Below, one piece after another: positions 45,357-55,759 of a stretch of 64,000 nt of DNA. Made by a program: the position numbers and the translations under genes. Source of the DNA: an uncultured Verrucomicrobiae bacterium (GTDB lineage: Bacteria; Verrucomicrobiota; Verrucomicrobiia; Chthoniobacterales; JAFAMB01). Positions within the stretch are counted from its first letter, which is position 1, and the number at the start of each line of letters is the position of its first letter. The notes under the pieces were generated by a model. The model saw only the letters and a program-made list of their open reading frames with translations, was not told the origin of the DNA and did not search any database. The stretch is taken from positions 544,001-608,000 of the forward strand of contig CAWEXO010000011.1 in assembly GCA_963813025.1 (NCBI GenBank), given 5' to 3'.

Positions 45357-46063
45357 TTAGATGGCGAGCAGAGCGGCTCCGACTTCGTCGAGCCCTTCAC
45401 CGGTTTTGCAGCTGGTCGCGATCACTTTGATGTCCGGCTTGAGCTGATGCACATCACTGCGGAGCGTCTCGACGCTCACCTCCATCGCAGAGGCGAGATC
45501 CACCTTGTTGATCACCACGATCTGGGCCCCGAGAAACATGTGCGGATGCTTGCGCACCATCCACGGGCCTTCGGTCACGCTGATTACTACGACGCGCGCT
45601 TTCGACCCCAGCGGAAATTCCGCAGGACAAATCAGATTTCCGATGTTCTCGATGAAGATCAGCCGCAGATCGTGCAGATTGATTTCTTGAGGGCCTTTCC
45701 GACCAGGTTGGCGTCAAGGTGGCAGCCATTGACCGTCGCGATCTGCACCACTTCGACGCCATGCCGGGCGATCGCGTTGGCGTCTTCACTGGTGGTCGCG
45801 TCGCCATTAAATACCGCTATTTTGTGTTGACCTTTCAAGCTGCGCGACCAGCCCGGCGATGAGTGTCGTTTTGCCCGAACCGATCGCGCCCATGAAATCG
45901 ATCGCCGTCACTCCACGCTCGATCGAGGTATTTCGCGATTCTGGCGAGCTATCTTTGCGTTCGCCTCCAGCAAGCTGTGTTCCAGCTCGATATCGTAGAT
46001 CTCCTCCGGAGACGCTTCGATCGTCGGCAGGCTGCCAAGGGGTGGGACAGCCGCGGAACTCAT
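45357..46063 (-). CDS. hypB: Hydrogenase nickel-incorporation GTPase (several frameshifts)
   Basis: Reassembled motifs: DFMGAIGSGKTT, GCHLDA, IENIGNLICPAEF, VINKVDL. Confidence 0.88.
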
Positions 46064-47860
46064 TGCGCCAGCCCGAGCAATCCGGTGGGGGTATGGAGTT
46101 GTTTCAATAGCTTGCCTTCGCCCAGATACATGTGGACTCCGCACGGCAGGCAGGGATCAAAACTTCGCACGGTGCGCATGATATCGATTCCCTTGAAGTT
46201 ATCCGGCCCATTCTCTTCGAAGATCGGCGTGTTTTGCACCGCGTCTTCGTAGGGTCCGGGCGTTCCGTAGATGTCCCGCGGATTTGCATTCCAGGGTGTC
46301 GGCGGATAGGGATGGTAGTTGGCGATCTTGCCGCCACGGATCACCAGATGGTGCGAAAGGACGCCGCGAACCGCTTCGTGGAATCCGCAACCGATCGCTT
46401 CATCCGGTACCTTGAAAGGCGTGAACGTCTGTGTCCGGCCCGCGTAAACTTCGCGAATCGCCTGTTCAGTGAAATAGAGCGCACAGGCTGCCGCATAAGC
46501 CTGGAAATAAGTGCGGGCGCGATCCCGCTCGATGGCATTGCTCCACTTCGGGATCTTCCACTCGAATTCCGCCTCGGGCTTGAGAGCGGTCTTGGGCAGC
46601 CGGATTTTCACGCTGTCGCCAGTGGCTTTAACATAACCGATGTCGACCAGATTGGCGAGCGCGGTGCTCCAAAGCCGGGCGATTGGGCCGCCGCCGGTAT
46701 CCAGGGCCAGATGGTCGCCAGTTCGCTTGTCGAGCCAGCGTGGTGACATGACCCAGGTGTATTTGTCGTCAAAGTTACGGCGCTGCGGTTTGGGAATAGT
46801 GGTCTGGTTCCACGGATGCTTTTTGTCTATCGGGTTGCCCAGCGGGTCGTGGGTAACGAATGTTTCTTCGTTGTTCCAATCGTCGTAATAGGACGAACCC
46901 AGCAGGATGCGGATCCCGAGATTGATGTCCACAAGATTGGTCGTGACCAATTTCCCGTCGACACGATGCCTGGAGTAACATACATCGCTTTGCCCCACTC
47001 ATTCATCGTGCGGTAGTTGTAGTCACATACCGCCGGATCCTGAAATGAACCCCAGCAGCCGAGAAGCACTCGACGTTGCCCAACTTTTCGTAGCCCGGCA
47101 AAGCCTCATAGAAAAAGTCAAACAAGTCATCGTGCAGCGGGACCACCTTTTTCATGAACTCCACGTAGCGCATCAGGCGCACCTGGTAGTCGGTGAAGAC
47201 CTGAATGGAAGGAACGGTGCCAACTCCTCCGGGATAGAGCGTCGACGGGTGGACATGGCGACCTTCCATCAGGCAGAACATCTCGCGGGTCAGGCGGCTC
47301 ATCTGCAGCGTCTCGCGATAGAACTCGCCCGAAAACGGGTTCAGCGACGCCATGATATCCGCGATCGTGCGATATCCGTGATCCTTGGCGTGAGGGGCTT
47401 CTTTCTTTTGGGCCTTTTCCCAGACGCCGGGGTTCGTCTCCCGCACCATCGTCTCGCAAAAGTCCACCCCAACCAGATTGTCCTGAAAGATGTTATGGTC
47501 GAACATGTACTCGGCCGCTTCACCTAGATTGATGATCCATTCGGCGAGCGGGGGCGGTTTGACACCGTAAGCCATATTCTGAGCATAGACCGAGCAGGTT
47601 GCATGGTTGTCGCCGCAGATCCCGCAGATCCGGCTAGTGATGAAGTGGGTATCTCGCGGATCCTTATTTTTCATGAAAATGCTATATCCGCGGAAGATCG
47701 AAGAGGTGCTGTGGCACTCGACGACCTGTTTCTTATCGAAATCGATCTTCGTGTAGATTCCGAGACTGCCGACAATGCGGGTAATTGGATCCCACGACAT
47801 TTCGACGACGTTGCCGCTTTCAGTAGGAGCGGCCGTTTTTGGTTCGGCTAGGGCTGGCAT
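46060..47860 (-). CDS. hhyL: Group 1h [NiFe]-hydrogenase large subunit (frameshifts at ~46965-47075)
   Basis: WDPITRIVGSLG; L1 TSRICGICGDNH; L2 SFDPCLPCGVH with a C-terminal extension. Confidence 0.92.
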
Positions 47861-47932
47861 ATTTGACGACCTCCGGGCGTTAGGGGGATCTTAGTAAAGA
47901 CACTCTGGTAAGTTTAGCTGGGTTAGTTCCGG

Positions 47933-49003
47933 TTAGTTTTGCGCGTAGTGGCGCGGTGTGTACCCGGTGGTAAGCGCCTTGCGGGGATGCCGCCATTTAG
48001 GCTCTTTGTTGACGGTGTGATTGGTGATTCCTCGCAGCAGGCGGATCACGCTACCGTAAACTCCCGATACCGCGCTCGACACGGCTGAGCCCGGCGGTGC
48101 ATCCATGAAAGGCATGAACTTGTCCGGAAATCCCGGCATGGTGCAGCCGATACAAATTCCGCCGACGTTCGGACAGCCACCAATACCGTCCATCCAACCT
48201 CGCTTGGTGACATTGCAGTTCACGACCGGACCCCAACAACCGATTTTCACCAGGCACTTGGGTGAACCGTATTCGCGGGCAAAATCGCCCTGCTCGTAAT
48301 AGCCGGCTCGATCACATCCTTCATGAACGGTTTTCCCGAAAAGCCAGGTTGGACGCAACTGGTCGTCGAGCGGGATCATCGGGGCGAGTCCGGCTACTTG
48401 ATAAAGAAGGTAGAGGACCGTCTCCATCATGTTATCCGGCTGAACCGGGCACCCTGGAACATTGATGATCGGAAGACCGGCCTTTGACTTCCAGTTCCAG
48501 CCAAGATAATCGGCCAGGCCCATGGCACCCGTGGGATTACCTTCCATGGCGTGGATGCCGCCATAGGTCGCGCAGGTTCCGCAGGCAATAACTGCCAGCG
48601 CCTTCGGCGCCAGGCGATCGATCCATTCGTTAGTCGTGATTGGTTGGCCGGTATCCGGATCGGTCCCCATTGCGGCCCAATAACCTTCACTTTTGATCCG
48701 CTCGTTCGGAACCGATCCCTCCATGACGAGGACAAAGGGATCGAGGCGGCCGGCCGCCGCTTGAAACCAGTATTTCATGAAATCGTCGCCGACTTCATAC
48801 GCGAGTACGGGGTTGTGTAAATGCACTTTGGGCAAACCCGGAATGGCGCCGAGAACAACGTCTTCGATGCTGGGCAACGAAGCCGCCGTGATGGAAACCG
48901 AATCACCATCGCAGCCCAGCCCGGTTGTCATCCAAACGATATGGACTTCGGAGACATCCGGCGGACGATCCGCGAGGATTTGGGGAGTTTGTGCGGGGGA
49001 CAT
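47933..49003 (-). CDS. hhyS: Group 1h [NiFe]-hydrogenase small subunit
   Basis: GLGCDGDS, GTCATYGG, PGCP, HEGCDRAGYY, CLVKIGCWGP and GGICIGC motifs; no twin-arginine signal. Confidence 0.92.
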   Translation of the reverse strand: MSPAQTPQILADRPPDVSEVHIVWMTTGLGCDGDSVSITAASLPSIEDVVLGAIPGLPKVHLHNPVLAYEVGDDFMKYWFQAAAGRLDPFVLVMEGSVPNERIKSEGYWAAMGTDPDTGQPITTNEWIDRLAPKALAVIACGTCATYGGIHAMEGNPTGAMGLADYLGWNWKSKAGLPIINVPGCPVQPDNMMETVLYLLYQVAGLAPMIPLDDQLRPTWLFGKTVHEGCDRAGYYEQGDFAREYGSPKCLVKIGCWGPVVNCNVTKRGWMDGIGGCPNVGGICIGCTMPGFPDKFMPFMDAPPGSAVSSAVSGVYGSVIRLLRGITNHTVNKEPKWRHPRKALTTGYTPRHYAQN

Positions 49004-49094
49004 AGTTTTACTTTTTCTAGCTGCGAACAACTTTTGGATTCAGATGCACTGTTCAAAAAATCGAGGGGCAAAGCACCTGAACGGAGACGGGTCA

Positions 49095-49205
49095 CTACAT
49101 CCGGCGAATCCGGAGATAACGTCTCAGCTCTGGCAGATTCGCCAGGATCGCGACGCCGAGCACCACCAGTAAAGCGGTGAAAATGGCTTCTAATGTATGG
49201 TTCAT
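49095..49205 (-). CDS. 36-aa single-TM small protein (DUF6893-like), absent from the ORF track
   Basis: Translated by hand: MNHTLEAIFTALLVVLGVAILANLPELRRYLRIRRM*. The ATG overlaps the protease stop and AAGGAGG lies just upstream. Confidence 0.75.
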   Translation of the reverse strand: MNHTLEAIFTALLVVLGVAILANLPELRRYLRIRRM

Positions 49206-49723
49206 GGTAAAATCACCTCCTTTCCGAGGCTGGGTTGGAAATCACGACGAGCGGACCTGTGGCTAAGCAGATCGCGAACGAGGTCTTGAATCAGGTCAAC
49301 CGCTTGTGGAACCACGGACTGCACCGTTTCGCAGAGGCCGATCTCCTCCGCTTCCAGGATAGCCGGTTCGCAGCCCACGACATACATCCGTCCGGTTTTT
49401 GCTCCGAGGTTTTGCACCATTTGCAGGACGCTTGCCGGACTCAGTCCATGCGCGTTGATCAATTCTGGACTCCCCTTTTCACCCGGATCGGCTTCGATCA
49501 GCGACAAGGTTCCCGGCGCTTCTCCGCGCGGCATCGCATCCACCAGAATCACGGCGTCATAGCCGTCCATAATCGCGTAAGCGAGATCGTAGCTGCGGAT
49601 TCCGAAATCCTCGACGTGAACTCCGTCGGGCAAAGTGGTGAGCAGCAACCGGCGAACAACCTCACCACCAAAACCGTCGTCGCCGAAGAAAATGTTGCCC
49701 ACGCCGGCAATCAGGATGCGCAT
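49202..49723 (-). CDS. Hydrogenase maturation endopeptidase (HupD/HybD family)
   Basis: GVGNIFFGDDGFG, ILVDA, NAHG and VGCEP motifs. Confidence 0.92.
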   Translation of the reverse strand: MRILIAGVGNIFFGDDGFGGEVVRRLLLTTLPDGVHVEDFGIRSYDLAYAIMDGYDAVILVDAMPRGEAPGTLSLIEADPGEKGSPELINAHGLSPASVLQMVQNLGAKTGRMYVVGCEPAILEAEEIGLCETVQSVVPQAVDLIQDLVRDLLSHRSARRDFQPSLGKEVILP

Positions 49724-51033
49724 GGCTCACCTCTTTCCAAGGGTTCAACCTCATCGACCAAGTAGAAGAAGCGATGGCCCGGCTGGCGGATCAGGCCAAG
49801 GTCTTTCCCAGGGTCATCGTCCAGAACGAGCGCAAGATGCACCTGGCCGTCGACGGCTTGCTCGATCGCTTCAATGGCCGCGATTTTTCCGTTCAGAATA
49901 AGGTCCATGGCGTCAGCCCGGCGTTTCGACCGGATGCGGACGCGGTCACCCGGCTTGAGACTCACTTGTCCAATGGTTACACCTTCGAGCTTTGGGTCCC
50001 GTTCAAAAAAGGCTTGTTGAGCGGTTTCCCTCATCATGCCATGCATCCCGAGCCAGCTCTCTTCCGCTAAGGCCTCGGTGCGTTCCAGAATTCGGCGCGC
50101 GTGATCGTCGACCTGACGCATCTCGAGCTTTTCTTCCTCACTCATGGCCAGGATCCGTAGGCTGAGGATCTCGTCGATTTCTGTGCCGTCAAACAGGTCC
50201 CCCGGGCTCTCAGTGGCTACTTTCGGATAATCATAGAGGATAATCGGCGAAGACAGCAGCACATTCCGCTCACATGCCTTTTCGTCGCCGACCAGCACCG
50301 GCCAGGTGCCGATGTTCTTACAGGCGAGCGCGATCTCCCGGAGAGTGTCCGGCGGCTCCAGCAGCGAGACGAACTCGCCGCCGGTGACGGTGAGCACGGT
50401 GTGCGTGCTGGCGCAGGTTCGCATCACGATGGCGTCCTGGTCGTTTAAGAAAGATTCGGCGACGGATGTCGTATTCACTACACAAATCCTGAGTTTCCAG
50501 AGGTTGCAGCCAACTGCTTCGGCGGTCAGTTCGACGGTGCCTTGTAGCGGGTCGTTGCGTAGCCGGATTCTGATGGAATCGTCATCCGGATGATTTGCGA
50601 TTTGCTCCGACGCCGGAAACGCGAACTCGACAACGTGCGGAGATTCGGAGAGTAACCGTGGCTCCGCCGCCGGGAGATCTATCTGCCGCTCGATCGCCTC
50701 CTGCCAGGTAAGCAATCGCTCGTTGGCCCGGCGAATCTCGGGCACGACTGCAAAATTTTTGCCTTCTGATGTCCGAGTCAGAATTTCCCGCCAAATCGGC
50801 TGCAGAAAACGAACTCGGACGGTCAGCTCGGCCTGCGAGATCTCACTCACCAGGCACTCGGTTTGCATCCGGCAAGGTTCGACGCCGTTCTGTGATCGGC
50901 TGTAGACCTCGGGATAAACGCGGCCGAAAGTAAAGCGCTGCTGGTTCTTTTTGGACGACGCTCGATAAGGGTAGAGGATGTACCCCTCGTAGAGCAAGGC
51001 CAGGACCAGTCGCTCGACAAGCGGTGTATTCAC
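49711..51033 (-). CDS. Conserved group 1h hydrogenase accessory protein
   Basis: LLYEGYILYPYRASS.KNQQRFTFG and LSSPIILYDYP...DLFDGTEIDEIL motifs. GTG start overlaps the upstream stop. Confidence 0.8.
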   Translation of the reverse strand: MNTPLVERLVLALLYEGYILYPYRASSKKNQQRFTFGRVYPEVYSRSQNGVEPCRMQTECLVSEISQAELTVRVRFLQPIWREILTRTSEGKNFAVVPEIRRANERLLTWQEAIERQIDLPAAEPRLLSESPHVVEFAFPASEQIANHPDDDSIRIRLRNDPLQGTVELTAEAVGCNLWKLRICVVNTTSVAESFLNDQDAIVMRTCASTHTVLTVTGGEFVSLLEPPDTLREIALACKNIGTWPVLVGDEKACERNVLLSSPIILYDYPKVATESPGDLFDGTEIDEILSLRILAMSEEEKLEMRQVDDHARRILERTEALAEESWLGMHGMMRETAQQAFFERDPKLEGVTIGQVSLKPGDRVRIRSKRRADAMDLILNGKIAAIEAIEQAVDGQVHLALVLDDDPGKDLGLIRQPGHRFFYLVDEVEPLERGEPCAS

Positions 51034-51725
51034 GGCGCGCCTTTCAGAACGTTTTCCGCGATTTGGGCATTTTCCCAGCGGGCTTCCTCGCCACCAGCGG
51101 CATCCAGGAGTTTTTCGATAACGGCTTCCCAGGAAGCTGCACCCGCCCGGCGGCGAAATGAGTAAAGCCGATCGAACACGTCGCGAGACAGGTAAAGCCA
51201 GGAAAGATTGGGATAAAAGTGCTCCATCAGCTCGTGCCAAGTCCGCACGGGCATGCGGTACTCGCATTCTTTGTTCCAGGACACCTGTTGCACCTGCAGG
51301 CGATTATCAGGACCTCGATAAAAAATGGTGCCGCTGAAGAGAAACAGGAGCGGAATTTCCCCTTGCTCGAGGGCGTAGAAATATTTTGTGGCGCTGACGT
51401 TGAGATCAAACGTACAGGGTACCGGAAGAACGGCCTCGGTTGAACCGGCGAAAGTGCGCAAAGTAGTGCTCGCGTGGGTCCAGAGGCGGTTTCGCAGGGT
51501 CTGGCCCCAGCGGTCCGGTGAGCCGAAAAGATCCACGAGCTTTTCTTTTTCCGCCGGAGCATAGGAGCGGTGGGCCGATTGGACCTGGATCTGCGCTTGC
51601 ACCATCGCCGAGTGAATGGTTTCAGCAGCCGGAGAATTTTTTACTTCGAGATTGAAGTGGAGCAAAGGAGTTAGCCCGCGCGCCGCCGCTGCCACCCCAG
51701 TGATTTTGAAATCGAGCTCAGGCAC
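51030..51725 (-). CDS. DUF6084 family hydrogenase-associated protein
   Basis: LVDLFG.PDRWGQTLR, PCTFD and KYFYAL...PLLFLFSGTIFY motifs. Confidence 0.8.
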   Translation of the reverse strand: MPELDFKITGVAAAARGLTPLLHFNLEVKNSPAAETIHSAMVQAQIQVQSAHRSYAPAEKEKLVDLFGSPDRWGQTLRNRLWTHASTTLRTFAGSTEAVLPVPCTFDLNVSATKYFYALEQGEIPLLFLFSGTIFYRGPDNRLQVQQVSWNKECEYRMPVRTWHELMEHFYPNLSWLYLSRDVFDRLYSFRRRAGAASWEAVIEKLLDAAGGEEARWENAQIAENVLKGAP

Positions 51726-52374
51726 CGGGAACCTCCTTGACGGCGAAATTTTCGCGTCGCGCTTCCGTTTTGAGCTTCGCGAAAAAGGAATCGATTTCTT
51801 TCCAAACCGTTTCTCCCCCGGAGAATCCGCGCCAGTGCAGACGGATGAGCCCGACCAACTCAAAGCAAGTATCGATTGGGACAACAAACGCCTCACGTGC
51901 TGTACCGACGCGATTCACCAGCAGGGCTTCGACATCCGGCTCCAGTCGACTCAGTGCCGGGTTCCGCGCGACCAGAGATCGCCACGCGGCCAGCGGCAAG
52001 AGCGAAGTAGTTGCACCGGCCGCTCCAGGATAGATCGCGTTCACCTTGTCTTCCGCGCTGTTCCAGAAGAAGAACGCCAGGTTAATCGGGAGCGCCAGAT
52101 CATCCCACTGCTGATCGGTGATGAGGAAATCCGCTAAAACCTTTGACTCACGAGGAATCAATTTGAACCGGCTTTCCACCACATCCTGGAAGCGCAGCGC
52201 GCACGGGTCACAGGAACAAACGATTTGCCGATTGGCCATTTCCAGCAAGTGCCGATGTCTCGGAGGGAGAGCGAGGCCGCAAAGTCCGCAGTGCTCCTTC
52301 ACCGCCCGCGGCTGCGCGAAACGCCGAAGCGTAGCAAGAGCGCTCGACCCGATCGGAGGAGCGACTGCTTTCAT
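51718..52374 (-). CDS. DUF5947 family hydrogenase-associated protein
   Basis: CGLC...HRHL...CSCDPC, WDDLALPINLAFF, YPGAAGAT and PIDTCFELVGLIRLHWRGFSGG motifs. Confidence 0.82.
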   Translation of the reverse strand: MKAVAPPIGSSALATLRRFAQPRAVKEHCGLCGLALPPRHRHLLEMANRQIVCSCDPCALRFQDVVESRFKLIPRESKVLADFLITDQQWDDLALPINLAFFFWNSAEDKVNAIYPGAAGATTSLLPLAAWRSLVARNPALSRLEPDVEALLVNRVGTAREAFVVPIDTCFELVGLIRLHWRGFSGGETVWKEIDSFFAKLKTEARRENFAVKEVPGA

Positions 52375-52461
52375 AGGAAGCGGGGAAAACTCTAGCGCTG
52401 CATCAGAAGAAAACGCGAAACATCAGCCCTATGGACCGGGGTTACGCGCGGACAAATTCAA

Positions 52462-52659
52462 TCAGGCCGGCGGAAGGTTCGCCATTTTGGGATTGATCGG
52501 CTCTCGGCGTGATGCGTTGATTCCGGTGGAATCTCTCGCTGAACGATAGTTTTTGGCGTGCAGATCGCGGCCCGGTTCTTTGCGGAAACCCGCTTCTTCG
52601 CCTCGCTTGGTTCCTTCGACATGAGTCGGCTGCGGCGGTCTGTTGGGGAATTCAGGCAT
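52462..52659 (-). CDS. 65-aa small protein heading the hydrogenase cluster
   Basis: MPEFPNRPPQPTHVEG...ARDSTGINASRREPINPKMANLPPA; co-oriented and first in the cluster. Confidence 0.6.
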   Translation of the reverse strand: MPEFPNRPPQPTHVEGTKRGEEAGFRKEPGRDLHAKNYRSARDSTGINASRREPINPKMANLPPA

Positions 52660-52739
52660 ACAGTGTTCCTGGGGTTCGATGATTTGACTGTGAGAGAGAG
52701 AACGAGAGAACGATACGGGCAGGGGGAACCAGCCGTTTC

Positions 52740-52772
52740 CGATTATAGCCCAATCCATTCCAAGCCCAAATT
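52740..52772 (-). promoter_or_regulatory. Candidate promoter of the hydrogenase cluster
   Basis: Minus strand TTGGGC-N16-TATAAT. The same stretch also holds a GG-N10-GC spacing (TGGAATGGATTGGGC). Confidence 0.3.
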
Positions 52773-53062
52773 TTATTTGGAACAATTACGCTGCTTTCTC
52801 GCATTGTGGTGCAACGCGCAATTCGGAGGATCGGCCCTCTTGCCGGTGACTGAACGCGGGTGACAAGCTGAAAGCACCTGACGTTCCCTGCGCCAGCTCA
52901 CCCAGATGCTGTAGTCGTCGTAGCGTTCCGGATTTTGTCGTTCGCGGCAGAGGGCGGAAAACCGCAACAAACGATAAAGAGAGTCTTCTCGTTTTTGCTG
53001 CTGGCCCGATGGAGATTCCAGCGCGAGGTCAGATACTCTCGTCTGTTCAGATCCATCAAAAC

Positions 53063-54715
53063 TTACGCCATGACTTGCGCGGCTAAACGCTGCATACCGG
53101 TCGCGCCTTGCGGGACAGTGCCGCGTTCTTCGGAGCTTTGCCTCTGACCGTTCCCATCATAGGCCCGGACAGCAAAGACCACCTCACCCGCTTTCTCCGG
53201 AATGAAAGGAAAACTCCACAGACTCCATGATATTTTCGTTCCCGGATGGATAATGGTCGCCTCTTGCCACGTCTTTTCCTTGTCGTGGCTCAATTCGACC
53301 TTGCTGAGCCCGCGATCGCCTCCAAACGCAATACCGCGAATTTCCACCGACTCACCAACGTGGAACGGAGCATGGAACCGGCCGTTCCGTGCCATTGGAC
53401 TATCAATCCGGGAAAACGTCGGAATGGTAAAGTTCGGTCCCCAGCCTTGCTCTTTGTAGAAGCCGCAGCCGTGTGTGCGAACCAGCCTCGGATCGTTTGC
53501 TGCGAGCAGTTCGATCTTGGTCAGCCATTTCGGATTCTTCTCGCCATACAGCCCGGGCACAACCATTCTCAGGGGAAAGCCATGGATTCGCGGGATGGGT
53601 TCGCCGTTCATGTCGTAGGCTAGCAGCGTTGTTTTCTCGGAAGCTTTGGCGTACGGAATCGTCTCGTAATAGCCGTCGGCTGCGTGAAAGAGGAGAGCCT
53701 CGATGCCTGGCTTTGGCTTTGTCTGCGCTAATAGATCCGGAAGCGGCACTCCTTTCCAGACAGCATTGCTCATCAGCCCGCCACCGATCGGATTGCTGAT
53801 GCACATCAGGGTGGTTTCCTGTTCGACTGGTGGCATGGCCGCGATTTCGGCGAAGGCAAACGTCTTCGGTTGTTCCACCAAGCCGCCGACCTCCAGCCGC
53901 CAGAGGTCGCGCACCACGTCCGGATCCACAATGTTTTTGGTCACCGAATAGAATTTTTCAGTAGGCGTGACCTGGGCGATGTCGGGACCGTCGTAAGTGT
54001 GCCCATCGTAAAAGAATGTGCCCAGCTGATAAAGCCGTCGCAAAACGGCGGCGAACGCGACGCCGATTACCGCCATCAGGCCGAGCGCCAGGAAAGAGCG
54101 GCGAGAGGTGCGCGGGCGAACGGCGGTCGCTGGTAGAACTTCAACGGGGGTGGCATCGAGTAAACGATAGAAAAAGGCTATGCCCAGAGCGCACGCGCTG
54201 AAGTCAATCAGCAAACCCAGAGCGCCGAGCCACGTTGCGATTGACGGTGGCACGCCGTGGTACTGGGTCAATAACGTTGGCCAAAGAAAAATCACGAAGG
54301 CTAACCAGACGAGGAGCAGGAGTGGTAAAACAGTCCGCAGATCTCCGCGTACTTTTTGCCGGCGATCCGCGATTGGCGATTGGCGAATGCGCAGCACGGC
54401 ATAGAGAACTCCGGCAATCATCGCGACAATCAGTTGGCCGGCCAAGGCTCCCACAGCACCGGAGATTTTGAGCGGTGTGTAACCGCCGGCTAAAACGATG
54501 GATTTGATAAACACATCGATCGACACAAGAGGAAAAGCTCGATCGAAAATCATTTCCGTTGGCGTCGGGAAGCCGAGCAGCCAGCGGAGCAGGAGCGCTA
54601 CCAGCAACATCAACAGCCCGCCGCCCAAGCCAGACAACAAACCGATTAAAAGCAGGCGAACTATACCTCGGTTTCGCGAAGAGGTCTTTTGCATCATTTT
54701 GTCGAGTTGCCCCAA
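53063..54715 (-). CDS. Membrane-anchored molybdopterin-dependent oxidoreductase (sulfite oxidase family)
   Basis: N-terminal TM helices; TLMCISNPIGGGLMSNAVWKG and HGFPLRMVVPGLYG.KNPKW motifs. Confidence 0.88.
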   Translation of the reverse strand: MGQLDKMMQKTSSRNRGIVRLLLIGLLSGLGGGLLMLLVALLLRWLLGFPTPTEMIFDRAFPLVSIDVFIKSIVLAGGYTPLKISGAVGALAGQLIVAMIAGVLYAVLRIRQSPIADRRQKVRGDLRTVLPLLLLVWLAFVIFLWPTLLTQYHGVPPSIATWLGALGLLIDFSACALGIAFFYRLLDATPVEVLPATAVRPRTSRRSFLALGLMAVIGVAFAAVLRRLYQLGTFFYDGHTYDGPDIAQVTPTEKFYSVTKNIVDPDVVRDLWRLEVGGLVEQPKTFAFAEIAAMPPVEQETTLMCISNPIGGGLMSNAVWKGVPLPDLLAQTKPKPGIEALLFHAADGYYETIPYAKASEKTTLLAYDMNGEPIPRIHGFPLRMVVPGLYGEKNPKWLTKIELLAANDPRLVRTHGCGFYKEQGWGPNFTIPTFSRIDSPMARNGRFHAPFHVGESVEIRGIAFGGDRGLSKVELSHDKEKTWQEATIIHPGTKISWSLWSFPFIPEKAGEVVFAVRAYDGNGQRQSSEERGTVPQGATGMQRLAAQVMA

Positions 54716-54768
54716 CGTGAACTTATTCCTTTAGTCTGCGTCGCTCGCAACCCCTTACAGACCAGTTA

Positions 54769-54793
54769 GGACGAGCGGGAGCTCGTCCATACC
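54769..54793 (-). repeat. REP-like hairpin GGTATGGACGAGCTCCCGCTCGTCC
   Basis: Perfect 8-bp stem. A related degenerate copy GGTAGGGACGAGCTC lies at ~37661. Confidence 0.55.
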
Positions 54794-55018
54794 ACATTCT
54801 GATCGCTGTTGATCGGTAGGGATCGGCTCAGGATCGGCTCCTGCCGGTCCAGCAGATCCTCCTGGTCGAAGTCTGGTTTGATCTCCGTGCCGGGAGTCAG
54901 ATCTGTTTACCCAGAATCACTTAGCCCGAAACTCCGGCCCAACTCATCCTCCACCACCTCGGTTGGTCTTTACCCGAACAACCACCTCCAAAAATCTATC
55001 GCGACCAAAATCTGCGAC

Positions 55019-55714
55019 TCAGGCGCTTGTTCTCTGTCGGCTGACCCGCAGGAAGGTTTGCATGATCCGGATAGCTGCGCGGATGGTTCCGATGAATGAG
55101 CCGGACACTTTTGATTTGCCGCCCCGCCTGTTCCGATGATCGACGGGCACTTCGAGAATTCTTGCTCCGCGCCGGGCCACGAGCATCTGCATCTCGAGAT
55201 TCCAGCCGTACGTTTCCTCGTGCATGCCGAGTTCCTGGAAGAGCGTTGCCCGGATGGCTCGGAACGGGGACATGTCGGTGAAACGCACTCTGTAAGCCCG
55301 CTGGAGCAACCAGCCGGCCACGTGTGCGGCCATCAGTTGTGAAGTGTTCATGCTCCCCGGTTCACGATGACCGCGAGTTCTCGAACCGATGACAAAGTCG
55401 TACTCGCCCGACGCCACTGGTGCCACGATCTGCGGCATAAATTCCGGGCGATCGCTCCCGTCGCCATCGATAAACACCAGAACGTCCGCGCCTGCTTTTA
55501 TGGCGGCATTTGCTCCCGCTCGGCAGGCCCGCCCATAGCCGGGGGTCGGTTCGGTTACTACCTGTGCACCGGTCTGACCCGCCACAGCGGCGGTTCCATC
55601 GGTGCTGCCGTTGTCCACCACGATGATTTTATCGATGACCGTATGCGGTATTGAGCGAATGACCTCGGCGATCACTTCGGCTTCGTTGAGCGCCGGGATG
55701 ATGAGGAAGACCAT
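55019..55714 (-). CDS. Glycosyltransferase family 2
   Basis: IIPALNE, VVDNGSTDGT, FIDGDGSD and VIGSR motifs. Confidence 0.9.
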   Translation of the reverse strand: MVFLIIPALNEAEVIAEVIRSIPHTVIDKIIVVDNGSTDGTAAVAGQTGAQVVTEPTPGYGRACRAGANAAIKAGADVLVFIDGDGSDRPEFMPQIVAPVASGEYDFVIGSRTRGHREPGSMNTSQLMAAHVAGWLLQRAYRVRFTDMSPFRAIRATLFQELGMHEETYGWNLEMQMLVARRGARILEVPVDHRNRRGGKSKVSGSFIGTIRAAIRIMQTFLRVSRQRTSA

Positions 55715-55717
55715 GCG

Positions 55718-55759
55718 AGTGGCAGTGTTAGTGTCAGTGCTAGTGCTAGTGTTAGTGTT
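55718..55759. repeat. 7 x 6-bp AGTGNN tandem repeat just upstream of the GT2 start
   Basis: agtggc agtgtt agtgtc agtgct agtgct agtgtt agtgtt. Confidence 0.85.

Noticed and set aside
45357..47860. Programmed frameshifting or true pseudogenisation of hypB/hhyL
   Set aside because: No consistent slippery sites, and the same lesions occur in unrelated genes, including gltB.
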